Below are positions 1-13,235 of a stretch of 59,986 nucleotides of DNA, piece by piece. Location: contig JBDKGS010000002.1 in NCBI GenBank assembly GCA_039798065.1, positions 1 to 59,986 on the forward strand, given 5' to 3'. Made by a program: the position numbers and the translations under genes. Under the pieces are notes generated by a model that did no database searches, was not told the DNA's origin, and saw nothing but the letters and a program-made list of their open reading frames with translations. The DNA is from Fibrobacterota bacterium. GTDB lineage: Bacteria > Fibrobacterota > Fibrobacteria > UBA5070. How positions within the stretch are numbered: the stretch's first letter is position 1; the number at the start of each line of letters is the position of its first letter.

Positions 1-1
1 A

Positions 2-598
2 GTCATGCCGCGGATCTTCGAGCCCTTCTTCACCACAAAAGGTCCTGGCAAAGGGACCGGCCTCGGGCTTTCCGTGGTCCATGGAATCATCCACAACCAC
101 AAGGGTTCGATCACCGTCTCCAGCGAGATCGGAAAAGGAACGACCTTCGAAATCCTCCTTCCGGCCCTGAGCCGAGACAGCGTTGTCGACATCCAGGAAT
201 CCACGAGGTTCGAGCAAGTACGCACCAAAAAGCCGGTCATGGTCGTCGACGACGAAGAGGCTGTCGCCGATGTGCTCCATCACCTGCTGGACATGCTCGG
301 ATACTCCTCGGAGGTGTTCCTCAATCCACTGGAGGCCCTGCGAGCGTTTGGACAAGATCCGTCGAAGTGGTCGATCGTGGTCAGCGACTACACCATGCCC
401 GACATGACCGGTGAGCAGTTCGTGGAGGCCGTCCGGAAGCTCCGTGCCGACGTGCCCATCCTTCTCACCAGCGGCTACGAAAGCCATGGCCAGTCCGAAA
501 TGATCGCGCGGCTTTCCGTCAGCGCGTTCATCGCCAAGCCGTTCCAGACAGAGGATCTCGCTCGGACGCTGTCCAGCTGCCTATCTTCGGGGCAATGA
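2..598 (+). CDS. Hybrid sensor histidine kinase, C-terminal part (HATPase_c plus receiver domain); 5' end lies outside the window
   Basis: The reading frame is open to the window edge. It has a '[12 protein letters not shown]' G2-box followed by 'VMVVDDEE...DYTMPDMTG...ILLTSGY' receiver signatures. Confidence 0.85.
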   Translation, partial: VMPRIFEPFFTTKGPGKGTGLGLSVVHGIIHNHKGSITVSSEIGKGTTFEILLPALSRDSVVDIQESTRFEQVRTKKPVMVVDDEEAVADVLHHLLDMLGYSSEVFLNPLEALRAFGQDPSKWSIVVSDYTMPDMTGEQFVEAVRKLRADVPILLTSGYESHGQSEMIARLSVSAFIAKPFQTEDLARTLSSCLSSGQ

Positions 599-1743
599 GG
601 TTTTCGCTCCGAACCGACAATCCGGCAGGAAGTTCGCATAGGTTGATCGAACGGATGGATCTGTGCCGTTCGACAAAATCCGTTCGGTTGGATCTCTCCC
701 TCACCGATCCCACGGGTTGGCCCGATCGCGCCGAGCTGGAACGACAATGTTTGTCGTATTTGTCCGATCCCGGCTCCAACCGCTACTGCCCCGATTCCCA
801 GGGCCTGGAATCCACTCGACGAATTCTGTCCGAATGGACCCACGGCCGCGTCCCCGGACAGGATTGGTTCTTGTGCGCCAGCACCAGCGAAGCCTACGGC
901 ATCCTGTTCCAGCTTTTGTGCGACCCCGGCGAAAAAGTGGTCGTCAACCGGCCCAGCTATCCCCTACTCGACGACCTTGCCCGTCACGGCGGCATTGGTC
1001 TGGTCGATGTTCCATTGCGGCTGTTGGGCACCCAATGGCATCTGGACATCGGTAGATTGGAACAGGCGTTCCGAGATCCTGCCGTGAAAGCTTTTTGCCT
1101 GATCCAACCCGGAAACCCGACTGGTTGGTTCCTGGGTCCTGCCGAACGTTCCAAGGTTGTGGCCCTGTGCGCAAAACACAAGGTGGCACTGATTTCCGAC
1201 GAAGTTTTTGCCGATTACACCTACCAAGACGGATACAACTCCCTTCTTGGTGAAACTGAATGCCTCACCTTTGCCCTCTCGGGGCTATCCAAAGGCTTTG
1301 GGCTTCCTGGCTTCAAGATGGGCTGGATTGCCATGTCCGGGCCCCGCCTACCCCTGTCTGAGGCTCGAGAACGTCTACAAAGACTGAATGACAGTCTATT
1401 GTCGGCCTCTACTCCGGTTCAGCATGCCCTCAAACATTTGATTCCGCTTTCCACCTCGCTAAGAGCCCCCATTTTATCGCGACTGGAATCCAACAGAAGG
1501 CTTTGGATGGATTTGAATCGCCAGAAGGAAGCTTTTCTTCCTGTACCGGCTGGATGGATGGGCGTGGTTCGTTTGGCCCCTGGTACCGAAGAGCCATACT
1601 GCGATTCTCTATTGGATCAAGGAATTTTGGTTCAACCTGGTTTTTTGTTTGACTTGCCCTGGGACGGTGTGGTAGTGTCGCTACTAGCAGAGCCTGAGGT
1701 TTTCCAAGAAGGTCTCTCTGTTCTTCAAGTATTAGTTGTTTAA
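595..1743 (+). CDS. PLP-dependent aminotransferase, class I/II
   Basis: 382-aa ORF with 'NPTGW', 'SDEVFADY' and '[17 protein letters not shown]' (SxSK PLP-lysine region). Its ATG overlaps the upstream stop (ATGA). Confidence 0.8.
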   Translation: MRFSLRTDNPAGSSHRLIERMDLCRSTKSVRLDLSLTDPTGWPDRAELERQCLSYLSDPGSNRYCPDSQGLESTRRILSEWTHGRVPGQDWFLCASTSEAYGILFQLLCDPGEKVVVNRPSYPLLDDLARHGGIGLVDVPLRLLGTQWHLDIGRLEQAFRDPAVKAFCLIQPGNPTGWFLGPAERSKVVALCAKHKVALISDEVFADYTYQDGYNSLLGETECLTFALSGLSKGFGLPGFKMGWIAMSGPRLPLSEARERLQRLNDSLLSASTPVQHALKHLIPLSTSLRAPILSRLESNRRLWMDLNRQKEAFLPVPAGWMGVVRLAPGTEEPYCDSLLDQGILVQPGFLFDLPWDGVVVSLLAEPEVFQEGLSVLQVLVV

Positions 1744-1773
1744 TCTCTTAAGAACTTGAAGTAGAACTAGGCC

Positions 1774-2081
1774 TGTGGATTGGCAGGGAAAGCGCGATTT
1801 TGGGTCAAAAAGCCCTATCCACATGGGTTGGATTGACACGGAAATCACATTGTCAGGATTGGGATTTGGGATAACAAGTTATCCGTGGCAGTGTGGATTC
1901 AGAGTTGTGGATAATCTGGGGTTTTTTCCTTGGACTATCCACCGACATCGATTGGTTTTACAGGTCAATTCACAACCGATTTGCCCTCAAAACGGTCATT
2001 GAACGCAAAAAACCCTCTCGGAGGAGATCCGAAAGGGTTTAAAGGGTTTATCCGTGAAATGTGGATAAGTTGTGTGGAGAA
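1774..2081. promoter_or_regulatory. DnaA-box cluster (candidate oriC or DnaA-titrating locus)
   Basis: Matches to TTATCCACA/TGTGGATAA. Two are 9/9 (TGTGGATAA at 1906-1914 and 2060-2068). Two are 8/9 (CTATCCACA 1815-1823, TGTGGAGAA 2073-2081). At least six are 7/9 (1774-1782, 1866-1874, 1879-1887, 1892-1900, 1935-1943, 2048-2056). An AT-rich stretch lies at 1741-1770. Confidence 0.6.
2005..2040 (-). terminator. Rho-independent terminator of the atp operon
   Basis: The minus strand reads AAACCCTTTCGGA-tctcc-TCCGAGAGGGTTT followed by TTTTTT (13-bp stem with 1 mismatch). It lies about 80 nt downstream of the atpC stop. Confidence 0.7.
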
Positions 2082-2120
2082 GTGGTGGAACCCGGTGGGG
2101 ATCGGACCTCTTCGAGCTTA

Positions 2121-4883
<2,763 letters not shown>

Positions 4884-4897
4884 AGGGTTTTACTCCT

Positions 4898-6418
<1,521 letters not shown>

Positions 6419-6428
6419 TGCGTTCCTC

Positions 6429-6953
6429 TTACGCGGAAAGCAGGGCCCTGCGGGCCTGGTTCAGCTGGTTGTTGGCGGTGGCGTCCAAAACGGTGTCGCC
6501 CAATCTCACGCGGAATCCACCCAAAATGGAGTCGTCGCTAGCCTGCGACAGCTCGACCTTGGAGCCGGACCGGGAGAGGGATGTTTCGAGGGTCTGGACC
6601 TGTGTGCTGGAAAGGGCGCTCTTCGCGAACACCACGCCTCGGACAATTCCTGTCCGCTGCTCGTGCAGCGAAAGCAATGCGCCGGCGATGTCGGCGATTT
6701 CGCCCAGACGGCGGCGTCCGGCGAGCAACCCCACGAAACGCCCTAAGACAGAATCTGTCGCAGGGTTTCCCATCGCGGCAAGAAGAGCCGAAGCCCTCTT
6801 GGCGGCCGGGACCGTGGAATCGGAAAGACGCGTGGTCACGTCCGACGGAAGCGCGGCCAACGACTTGAACAGCGGGAGGTTCTTCTCCAGCTGGCCCGAA
6901 GACGAAAGCGTCTCCAGCAAGGCCTTGGCGTATCGAGGTGCGGCGTTGGCCAT
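6429..6953 (-). CDS. atpH: F1 ATP synthase delta subunit (OSCP)
   Basis: 174 aa from the internal ATG ([14 protein letters not shown]), whose last base is also the first base of the atpF stop. The longer 326-aa ORF is an overlap artefact. The C-terminal '[21 protein letters not shown]' is typical. Confidence 0.85.
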   Translation of the reverse strand: MANAAPRYAKALLETLSSSGQLEKNLPLFKSLAALPSDVTTRLSDSTVPAAKRASALLAAMGNPATDSVLGRFVGLLAGRRRLGEIADIAGALLSLHEQRTGIVRGVVFAKSALSSTQVQTLETSLSRSGSKVELSQASDDSILGGFRVRLGDTVLDATANNQLNQARRALLSA

Positions 6954-7498
6954 CAGCCCTTCACGGCTTCGCCCAGCATGCGCTCGGCGAAGTCCTTGGC
7001 TTCGGCGTCCTGCAGCTTGTGGCGCAGGATGCGTTCGGCGACACCCACGGAAAGTTCGGCGGCGTCCTTGCGAAGATCGGTGCGCGCCTGGTTCTTGGCG
7101 GCTTCGATTTCCACGACGGCTTGGGCCACGATCTTTTCGGCGGACGTCTTGGCGTCGGCTTCCGACTGGGTGCGGAACTTGGTGGCGAAGTCGCGCTGCT
7201 CGGAAAGGATCTTTCCGGCTTCGGTGCGAGCTTCGGCCAAAATCCGCTGCTGCTCGGCTTCGACCTGTGCGGTCTTGGCGGCGGCCTGGTCGGCTTTTTC
7301 CAGCGACTCCTTGAGCTTGCGCTCGCGCTCGGCAACGGAAGCCAGAATGGGCTTCCATGCGAACTTGTGCAACAGAATCAGGAGGGCGATGAAGACCACC
7401 CAAACCCAAATCATGATCCCCGGTTGGGGAGCCATGAGCTGGTTGGCGATCCCGCCTCCGGCTTCCGCGCCTGTGTGAGCCTGGACCTCTTCAGCCAT
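6953..7498 (-). CDS. atpF: F0 ATP synthase subunit b
   Basis: 181 aa with one N-terminal TM helix followed by a long charged coiled coil. It sits between atpE and atpH. Confidence 0.85.
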   Translation of the reverse strand: MAEEVQAHTGAEAGGGIANQLMAPQPGIMIWVWVVFIALLILLHKFAWKPILASVAERERKLKESLEKADQAAAKTAQVEAEQQRILAEARTEAGKILSEQRDFATKFRTQSEADAKTSAEKIVAQAVVEIEAAKNQARTDLRKDAAELSVGVAERILRHKLQDAEAKDFAERMLGEAVKG

Positions 7499-7501
7499 GA
7501 C

Positions 7502-7732
7502 TTACTTCAGGAGAACGATGAGGAGGCTGATGACGGCGCCCAACAGAGCGACACCTTCCATCAGTGCGGCGCCGAGAATCAGGTTGGCGCGCAGATCGTC
7601 CTTCACTTCGGGCTGACGAGCGATGGCTTCCACGGTCGAAGCGGTGGCCTTGCCGATGCCCAAGCCTGCGCCGATAGCGGCGAGTCCTGCGCCGATGCCT
7701 GCTCCGAGGTAGCCGATGCTCTGGTAGTCCAT
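7502..7732 (-). CDS. atpE: F0 ATP synthase subunit c
   Basis: 76-aa hairpin proteolipid 'GAGIGAGLAAIGAGLGIG...ARQPE...ALMEGVAL', read from the internal ATG of the 385-aa ORF. Confidence 0.9.
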   Translation of the reverse strand: MDYQSIGYLGAGIGAGLAAIGAGLGIGKATASTVEAIARQPEVKDDLRANLILGAALMEGVALLGAVISLLIVLLK

Positions 7733-7773
7733 GTGTCTGTCTCCTGTGAGTGTGGTGAAGAGAGGGTTATGAA

Positions 7774-8607
7774 TCAGTGTTCCTGGTGCAGAGCGCCGCC
7801 GATGTACAGCGAGCTCAGGAAGGTGAAGACGAAAGCTTGCAAGAAGCAGACGGCCACCTTGATCACCAGAATGAACAGAAGGAAAGCGAGAGGGAACGGA
7901 GCGATCAGCGCCAAGGCGATGCTGTTCGAGGCGCCGCCCAAAATGCCGTGAAGTCCGCCCGAGATCATGGGGGCCAATACGGAGATGAGTCCGGTGATGA
8001 CCAGGATCATGATGTGACCGGCGGTCATGTTCGCGAACAGACGGATCGTCAGCGAAAAGGCGCGAATGAAGATCGAGATGATTTCGATGGGCACCAGGAT
8101 GGGGAGAACCCACATCGGCACACCCGAGGGAATGATGTTCTTGATGTAATGGAAGGGGCCATTGTGGATCATGCCGGCAATATTGAAGACCAAAAAGACC
8201 ATCAAAGCCAATGCCGCGGTCACGGAAATGTTGGCGGTGGCGCCTGCGAATGCCGGAACCAATCCCATCAAATTCAAGACCAGGATGAAGAAGAACGCGG
8301 TGGCAAGAAACGGCACCCACTTGTCGCCGTCCTTTTTCCCGATGTTGGGCCGAGCCACTTCGTCGCGGATGTACAGGAGAAGCACTTCGACCATGTGACC
8401 GACAGGCGATCCAGGAAGAAGGTTCACCCGATTCGCGGCGGTGCGCGCCAGCAGGAAGGTGAAGAGGGCACCGATCAGGAGCATGAGCACATGCAGCGAA
8501 AGCGGTGCGGGCACATTCACGACAGCCCACTCGAATGGCAGGATCTGCCACTTGTGTCCGTCGACGATGTGATGGAGGATGAATTCCGAGAGATTGCCAG
8601 AACTCAA
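7774..8607 (-). CDS. atpB: F0 ATP synthase subunit a
   Basis: 277-aa polytopic protein with 'LTIRLFANMTAGHIM' (conserved Arg region). Confidence 0.9.
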   Translation of the reverse strand: MSSGNLSEFILHHIVDGHKWQILPFEWAVVNVPAPLSLHVLMLLIGALFTFLLARTAANRVNLLPGSPVGHMVEVLLLYIRDEVARPNIGKKDGDKWVPFLATAFFFILVLNLMGLVPAFAGATANISVTAALALMVFLVFNIAGMIHNGPFHYIKNIIPSGVPMWVLPILVPIEIISIFIRAFSLTIRLFANMTAGHIMILVITGLISVLAPMISGGLHGILGGASNSIALALIAPFPLAFLLFILVIKVAVCFLQAFVFTFLSSLYIGGALHQEH

Positions 8608-8999
8608 AGTCTTCCAACTCCCTTTGCGAAAAGAAAAGCTTCAATGACGGTGAAAACAATAATCAAAGACGAGCCGGTCCAGGCAACGAAATATCGCTCG
8701 GACGGAAATTGCCAAAGAAAGACTGAAAAGAGGATTAAAGAGGCGATAAATCGAATACTCAATATTGCAATCGGTATGCCAATTCCTTTGCGATTCGAAT
8801 CGTGCCAAAGTCGTTGCCCAAGCCAGATGTGCGGGAGCATGGCGCCGGTGCCGAGGATGAGTCCGCGGGTGGTGGCGTCGCGCAGCGAGGGAATGGCGAC
8901 GTAGGCGACGACAAATCCCGTCCAAGCCACGACCAGAGCGCGTACAAGGGCCAGATGCGAAGTCCGCCAGCGATCGGATGGATTGACGGAATTTGTCAT
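8604..8999 (-). CDS. atpI: ATP synthase protein I-like membrane protein
   Basis: 131-aa multi-TM ORF with a 4-nt overlap with atpB, in the position of atpI. The assignment rests on position and topology only. Confidence 0.55.
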   Translation of the reverse strand: MTNSVNPSDRWRTSHLALVRALVVAWTGFVVAYVAIPSLRDATTRGLILGTGAMLPHIWLGQRLWHDSNRKGIGIPIAILSIRFIASLILFSVFLWQFPSERYFVAWTGSSLIIVFTVIEAFLFAKGVGRL

Positions 9000-9229
9000 G
9001 GCGATTTGGATGATGTCTTCCTGACGAACGAGTAGAGCGCGTAGGCGATTCCCGAGATGGATCCTATCACCACCGGGGCGGCGGAATCAATCGCTTTTCC
9101 CAAAATCCACCCAACCAGGGTGTAACCGAGGATGGTCGCAAGAATTTCTCCCCCGAGCGTGATCCACTTGAGTGGTGGGGGAGTGGAAGACACTAGGCCT
9201 TGGCCTTGGCTCCGGACTGCATTTCGCAC
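8996..9229 (-). CDS. AtpZ/AtpR-like small membrane protein of the atp operon
   Basis: 77-aa ORF with two TM helices ('GGEILATILGYTLVGWILGK...VVIGSISGIAYALY') and a 4-nt overlap with atpI. An alternative GTG start at 9193 would abut the bactofilin stop (TAGTG). Confidence 0.5.
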   Translation of the reverse strand: MRNAVRSQGQGLVSSTPPPLKWITLGGEILATILGYTLVGWILGKAIDSAAPVVIGSISGIAYALYSFVRKTSSKSP

Positions 9230-9549
9230 TTGCCGTGGAAGACGGCACCTTCGAGGATGATCAGCTCGCGGGTGCGAAGATCGCCGACCAGCACGGCCTT
9301 GTTTTCCAAGATCACCCTGTCGTTGGCGGTCACGTTGCCCGTGACCTTTCCGCCGATCTTCACGGATGCCGCTTGGATTTCTCCTTCGACGACACCTTGG
9401 ATGTGGACGGAAACGGTTCCCGTCGCACGGATGATTCCCTTGACCGTGCCTTCGATCGAGAGATCGTTCTCCACCAGCAGTTCGCCGGTGATGACCGTTC
9501 CCGAATTCACGAAGGCAAAGCCTTTGCCGGTGGAGGATTTTTCAGACAT
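9193..9549 (-). CDS. Bactofilin (polymer-forming cytoskeletal protein, DUF583)
   Basis: 118 aa with repeated beta-helix pattern 'ITGELLVENDLSIEGTVKGIIRATGTVSVHIQGVVEGEIQAASVKIGGKVTGNVTANDRVILENKAVLVGDL'. Confidence 0.85.
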   Translation of the reverse strand: MSEKSSTGKGFAFVNSGTVITGELLVENDLSIEGTVKGIIRATGTVSVHIQGVVEGEIQAASVKIGGKVTGNVTANDRVILENKAVLVGDLRTRELIILEGAVFHGKCEMQSGAKAKA

Positions 9550-9552
9550 GGT

Positions 9553-10383
9553 TCACCGTATCATAGCAATCAAGGGGTCGATGGCAAGTCCGTTTACCGA
9601 TATACGCACTCGTATATGGGCCGAAGCCTCACCCCCCGATGGAGTGGTTTCCGCGAATGTTTGTCCGCGATGGATGATGTCGCCGGGTTTGACTTCGATT
9701 TGACCGAGGTCTCCCACCGAGTATTCGACACCGTTGAGGAGAAGCAATTTCACCGACAAACCCATGGTGGCATCCCAACCCACAGACGAGACCACGCCGT
9801 CGTCGGGACTGGAAACCGGTTCGCCAGAGGGAACGAAAAAGACGCGTTCATCCATGGCGGTGTTGGCCGTTCCGTTCTGGAGCGCGCGAGGGATCATGCG
9901 CCAATCGGGGAGCAGAGGCGCGAGATTGAGAGGCTTGGTTTTGACTTGTTGCGTCAAACGAAGCATGAAATTTTTGGAACGATCTGCGGCGATTTCGTCC
10001 AGGAACTTCTTGCGAGCGGCATCGTCGAACAGTCCCGAAGCTTTGGCGACGGTTTGGGTTGCGCTTTCGGTGGGGTCGTCCAAAAAGGATTGGGTCAGGG
10101 CCATCAGCGATTTTTCGCGTTCGGCCATCCGATTGACCTCTTCCTGCAAATGGGCCACCCGAGTCAACTGGCTGCGCAGTTGGCGATTTTCGGAAGCGAT
10201 GACTTCCGCCGCTTGCAGGCGCACCGCGATCACACCCATCCAAGTCACCGCCACCCCAGCCAAGATCACCAGGATCATGAACGACACCAGCAGGAACTGG
10301 AACAAATTCAGCGGAATGCCGATCTGCCAGGATTCCCCGGTTTGGTCCCGAAGGACCAAAAGCTTGAGCCGCTCGCCTTTCAA
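9553..10383 (-). CDS. Membrane-anchored coiled-coil protein with a degenerate LytM/M23 peptidase domain
   Basis: 276 aa: N-terminal TM helix, coiled coil, then a C-terminal M23-like fold ('GEPVSSPDDGVVSSVG...VKPGDIIHRGQTFAE...IDPL'). The HxxxD and HxH metal ligands are not recognisable (HIR stands in place of HxH). Confidence 0.7.
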   Translation of the reverse strand: MKGERLKLLVLRDQTGESWQIGIPLNLFQFLLVSFMILVILAGVAVTWMGVIAVRLQAAEVIASENRQLRSQLTRVAHLQEEVNRMAEREKSLMALTQSFLDDPTESATQTVAKASGLFDDAARKKFLDEIAADRSKNFMLRLTQQVKTKPLNLAPLLPDWRMIPRALQNGTANTAMDERVFFVPSGEPVSSPDDGVVSSVGWDATMGLSVKLLLLNGVEYSVGDLGQIEVKPGDIIHRGQTFAETTPSGGEASAHIRVRISVNGLAIDPLIAMIR

Positions 10384-10394
10384 GTGCGCTTCCC

Positions 10395-11303
10395 TTACCC
10401 GCCGAATCCGAGGATGATGTCGGCCACGCGGGTGAGGTCGTCGTTATTCAGGACATCGACCTTCAGAAATCCTTTGCCGATCTCGTTGACTTCCAACGTG
10501 ACCCGGGTACCCAGCCGCTGCTCGAGCGAGCGGAGGAACGCGACCTGATTCGGGTCTTCAGGGGCGGTCTTTTTGGCCGGCTTGGCTTCCTTGGCGGCCT
10601 TTGGTTTTTTGGCCGAGACCTCGCCGGATTCGGTCTCCAGCGTTCGGACGCTCCAACCTTCTTCTTGGGTCTTGCGAGCCAACGCGACTTGTTTGTCTTC
10701 ATCGACCCCGGCCAACACGCGAGCATGGCCGGCTGAAAGAGTGGCGTTGGAAACCATGTCGCGGACGGTGGGGTGGAGGCGCAACAAGCGCAACGAGTTG
10801 GTGATGGCCGGGCGGCTTTTGCCCAAACGGTCGGAGAGTTGCTCGTGGGTGTAACCGCACGAGTTGATCAACTCTTGGTAGGCGAGGGCCTCTTCGATGG
10901 CGTTGAGCTGGACGCGCTGGATGTTTTCCAACAGCGCGATCTCGCGCATGTCGCGGTCGGTGACCTGGTCGCGGACCAACGCGGGGATGGTGTCCTTGCC
11001 CGCAAGTTGGCTGGCGCGGAACCGTCGTTCGCCGGCGATGATCTGGTAGACCCCGCCTTGCTTGCGAACCAAGATCGGTTGGAACACACCCTTTTCGCGG
11101 ATGGATGCCGCGAGGTCTTCCAGCTCGTCTTTGTTGAATTCAAGGCGAGGCTGGTACGGATTCGGCTGGATCTGGGAGATGCGCAGCGTCTCGACATGCG
11201 AGCCATCGGGGGAGGGGGTCCCAGGAAGATCGTCTTTGTGGGCCAGTGTCTTTTCCTGGAAGATCGCTCCCAGTCCTTTGCCCAATCCGCGCGGCTTGTT
11301 CAT
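10395..11303 (-). CDS. parB: Chromosome partitioning protein ParB (Spo0J)
   Basis: 302 aa from 'MNKPRGLGKGLGAIF', including 'IIAGERRFRASQLAG' and an HTH region. Its ATG overlaps the parA stop (ATGA). The upstream 250 codons of the long ORF overlap parA and are rejected. Confidence 0.93.
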   Translation of the reverse strand: MNKPRGLGKGLGAIFQEKTLAHKDDLPGTPSPDGSHVETLRISQIQPNPYQPRLEFNKDELEDLAASIREKGVFQPILVRKQGGVYQIIAGERRFRASQLAGKDTIPALVRDQVTDRDMREIALLENIQRVQLNAIEEALAYQELINSCGYTHEQLSDRLGKSRPAITNSLRLLRLHPTVRDMVSNATLSAGHARVLAGVDEDKQVALARKTQEEGWSVRTLETESGEVSAKKPKAAKEAKPAKKTAPEDPNQVAFLRSLEQRLGTRVTLEVNEIGKGFLKVDVLNNDDLTRVADIILGFGG

Positions 11304-12076
11304 GCCGAGAGTCCCATCACTTCCTGTGCGAGTTTCATGTAGGCGACCGCACCCGGGGTCGCGATGTCGTAGAGCAAGATGGGCTTCCCGAACGAGGGGG
11401 CTTCGGCCAGCTTGATGGTCCGGGGGATCACAGCTTGGAACACCTTCTCGTGGAAGGAGGTCCGCACTTCTTCCACCACCTGCTTGGACAGGACCGTCGA
11501 GCTCTGGTGCATGGTGAGCAACGCACCTTCGATCTGGAGGCCGGGGTTGAACGACTGCTGGGTCAGACGGATGGTGTTGAGAAGTTCGGCCAAACCTTGC
11601 AGCGCGTAGTACTCGCACTGGATGGGGATGAGGCACGACTTGGCTCCGACCAACACGTTGAGCGTGATGAGCCCAAGCGATGGGGGGCAGTCGATGAGGA
11701 TGAAGTCGTAGCGATTTTCGATGAACTGGATGAACGACTTGAGACGGATCTCGCGGTGCTCCATGTTCACGAGTTCGATCTCGGCGCCCGCCAAATGGTG
11801 GGTGGCGGGGACCAGATCCAGGAACGGAAGCTGGGTCTTCATGATGTAGCCCGCGGCCCGTTCCGGGGACCAAGCTTCCTCTTCCAGCAGCGCTTCGTAC
11901 AGCGTCGGTTCGTCGCCGATGGTGATGCCCACACCTTGGGTGGCGTTGCCCTGGGGGTCGGCATCGATGAGAAGGGTCCGGCGTTCGGCCATGGAGAGTG
12001 CAGCCGAAAGATTGACGGCGGTGGTGGTTTTGCCCACTCCGCCCTTCTGGTTGCAAATCGCGATGATGCGCGTCAT
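11300..12076 (-). CDS. parA: Chromosome partitioning ATPase ParA (Soj)
   Basis: 258 aa with the deviant Walker A 'NQKGGVGKTTTAVNL'. Confidence 0.95.
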   Translation of the reverse strand: MTRIIAICNQKGGVGKTTTAVNLSAALSMAERRTLLIDADPQGNATQGVGITIGDEPTLYEALLEEEAWSPERAAGYIMKTQLPFLDLVPATHHLAGAEIELVNMEHREIRLKSFIQFIENRYDFILIDCPPSLGLITLNVLVGAKSCLIPIQCEYYALQGLAELLNTIRLTQQSFNPGLQIEGALLTMHQSSTVLSKQVVEEVRTSFHEKVFQAVIPRTIKLAEAPSFGKPILLYDIATPGAVAYMKLAQEVMGLSA

Positions 12077-12702
12077 GATTCAGCCTGGTTCGTTAAGGTC
12101 TTGGCAGTGACCAAGTTACGGAGGCCTTCCTCTCCGGGGAGGCGGTACGGAACATAGGACAGCGGAAAGTAGCCGTCAATTTCCGCAACTTGTTCGTCGT
12201 GCTTGTAGGTCACAAAATGACCGCCCGGAACAAGGAACGGTAGAGCGCGTTTTGCGTCTTCGGGAATGCTCCCCACGGCGCGGCAACTCACGACTTGGCA
12301 CTTGGCCCGGATGTCGGGGAAGGTCTGGATCAGCTCGACTTTGGAGCGAAGGATTCGCACGTTGGTCAGCCCAAGGTCGACGGACATCTTCTGGAGATGC
12401 TGCGCTCGGAGACTGCGAGGTTCCACTCCCACGAACTTCCAATGGGGGAGAGCGATGGCCAACGGGAACAACGGAAAGCCTGCACCCGATCCAAAGTCCA
12501 ACCACTGACCCGGCACATCCAACTGAAGTTCTTCCGAGACGATCAAGGGCGCCAGTGAATCTTGGATGTGCTTGGCGAACAGATCGGGGAGATCCACACT
12601 GCTCACCAGGTTCTGGGACTGACTCGCCTTGCGCGTCAAACTGCTCAACTTCTGAAGCGTTGCATGAGCGGCGGCAGGAATGGGAGGCTGCGAATGTTTC
12701 AC
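12073..12702 (-). CDS. rsmG: 16S rRNA (guanine527-N7)-methyltransferase RsmG (GidB)
   Basis: 209 aa with the SAM motif 'WLDFGSGAGFPLFPLAI' and a 4-nt overlap with parA. The GTG start lies inside parS-1. Confidence 0.85.
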   Translation of the reverse strand: MKHSQPPIPAAAHATLQKLSSLTRKASQSQNLVSSVDLPDLFAKHIQDSLAPLIVSEELQLDVPGQWLDFGSGAGFPLFPLAIALPHWKFVGVEPRSLRAQHLQKMSVDLGLTNVRILRSKVELIQTFPDIRAKCQVVSCRAVGSIPEDAKRALPFLVPGGHFVTYKHDEQVAEIDGYFPLSYVPYRLPGEEGLRNLVTAKTLTNQAES

Positions 12703-12710
12703 GTGAAACC
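12695..12710. promoter_or_regulatory. parS: parS site 1 (ParB-binding centromere-like site)
   Basis: TGTTTCACGTGAAACC matches the consensus TGTTNCACGTGAAACA at 15/16 positions. It overlaps the rsmG start codon. Confidence 0.85.
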
Positions 12711-12853
12711 AATCTGAAGGAAGATCTCGATCCGCACCGCGGACTCGTTGCTTCCCACAAAGATGATCTCACTTCTGGAGATGGGGGAGGGCGACCTCCA
12801 CTTCCCACTCAACTTCCCTCAAGAAACTTCTCCACCCACCCTTCACCCTCCCA

Positions 12854-12869
12854 TGTTCCACGTGAAACC
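12854..12869. promoter_or_regulatory. parS: parS site 2
   Basis: TGTTCCACGTGAAACC (15/16). Confidence 0.85.
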
Positions 12870-12968
12870 TCTCCGGTATTTGTCCCTGACGGATTTGCGG
12901 GTGGGGAGAGTTTGTCTGTCCGCTGGCATGTGCCCATGCACGCTCCCAGCCAATCTCTCCCCACCCGC
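12854..12968 (+). repeat. parS-hairpin module, copy A
   Basis: parS, then a ~27-nt pyrimidine-rich spacer, then a 72-nt hairpin. The outer stem is GCGGGTGGGGAGAG (12897-12910) paired with CTCTCCCCACCCGC (12955-12968). The conserved loop is TGTCTGTCCGCTGG-GCATG-tgcc-CATGC-ACGCTCCCAGCC. Confidence 0.8.
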
Positions 12969-13118
12969 TGTCGCCAGGTTCCCAGCCTTCAATTTCGCCG
13001 CCTACAGAAGAACGATGGGTCGGCCTCTTCTTGTGCAACCGAATCATGGGTGCTGGAAGAATGGTGGAAAGGTGGGGGAGTGGATGCCTCTCGCCAGGTT
13101 CCAGAGATGTCTTTCGCA

Positions 13119-13134
13119 TGTTCCACGTGAAACC
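13119..13134. promoter_or_regulatory. parS: parS site 3
   Basis: TGTTCCACGTGAAACC (15/16). Confidence 0.85.
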
Positions 13135-13235
13135 TTTCCCGTCGTTTGGTCTTTACCGGTTTTGCGGGAGGGGTGAGCTTGTCTGTCCGCTGGCGTGAAC
13201 ACACGCACGCTACCAGTCAAGCTCACCCCTCCCGC
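13119..13235 (+). repeat. parS-hairpin module, copy B
   Basis: Same layout as copy A. The 18-bp outer stem is GCGGGAGGGGTGAGCTTG (13164-13181) paired with CAAGCTCACCCCTCCCGC (13218-13235). The inner hairpin is changed compensatorily to GCGTG-aaca-CACGC. Confidence 0.8.

Noticed and set aside
10395-12056. 553-aa ORF suggesting a much longer ParB.
   Set aside because: The N-terminal 250 codons overlap parA in another frame and are Pro/Arg-rich. A canonical ParB N-terminus (MNKPRGLGKGLGAIF) starts at 11303 with an ATGA overlap to parA.
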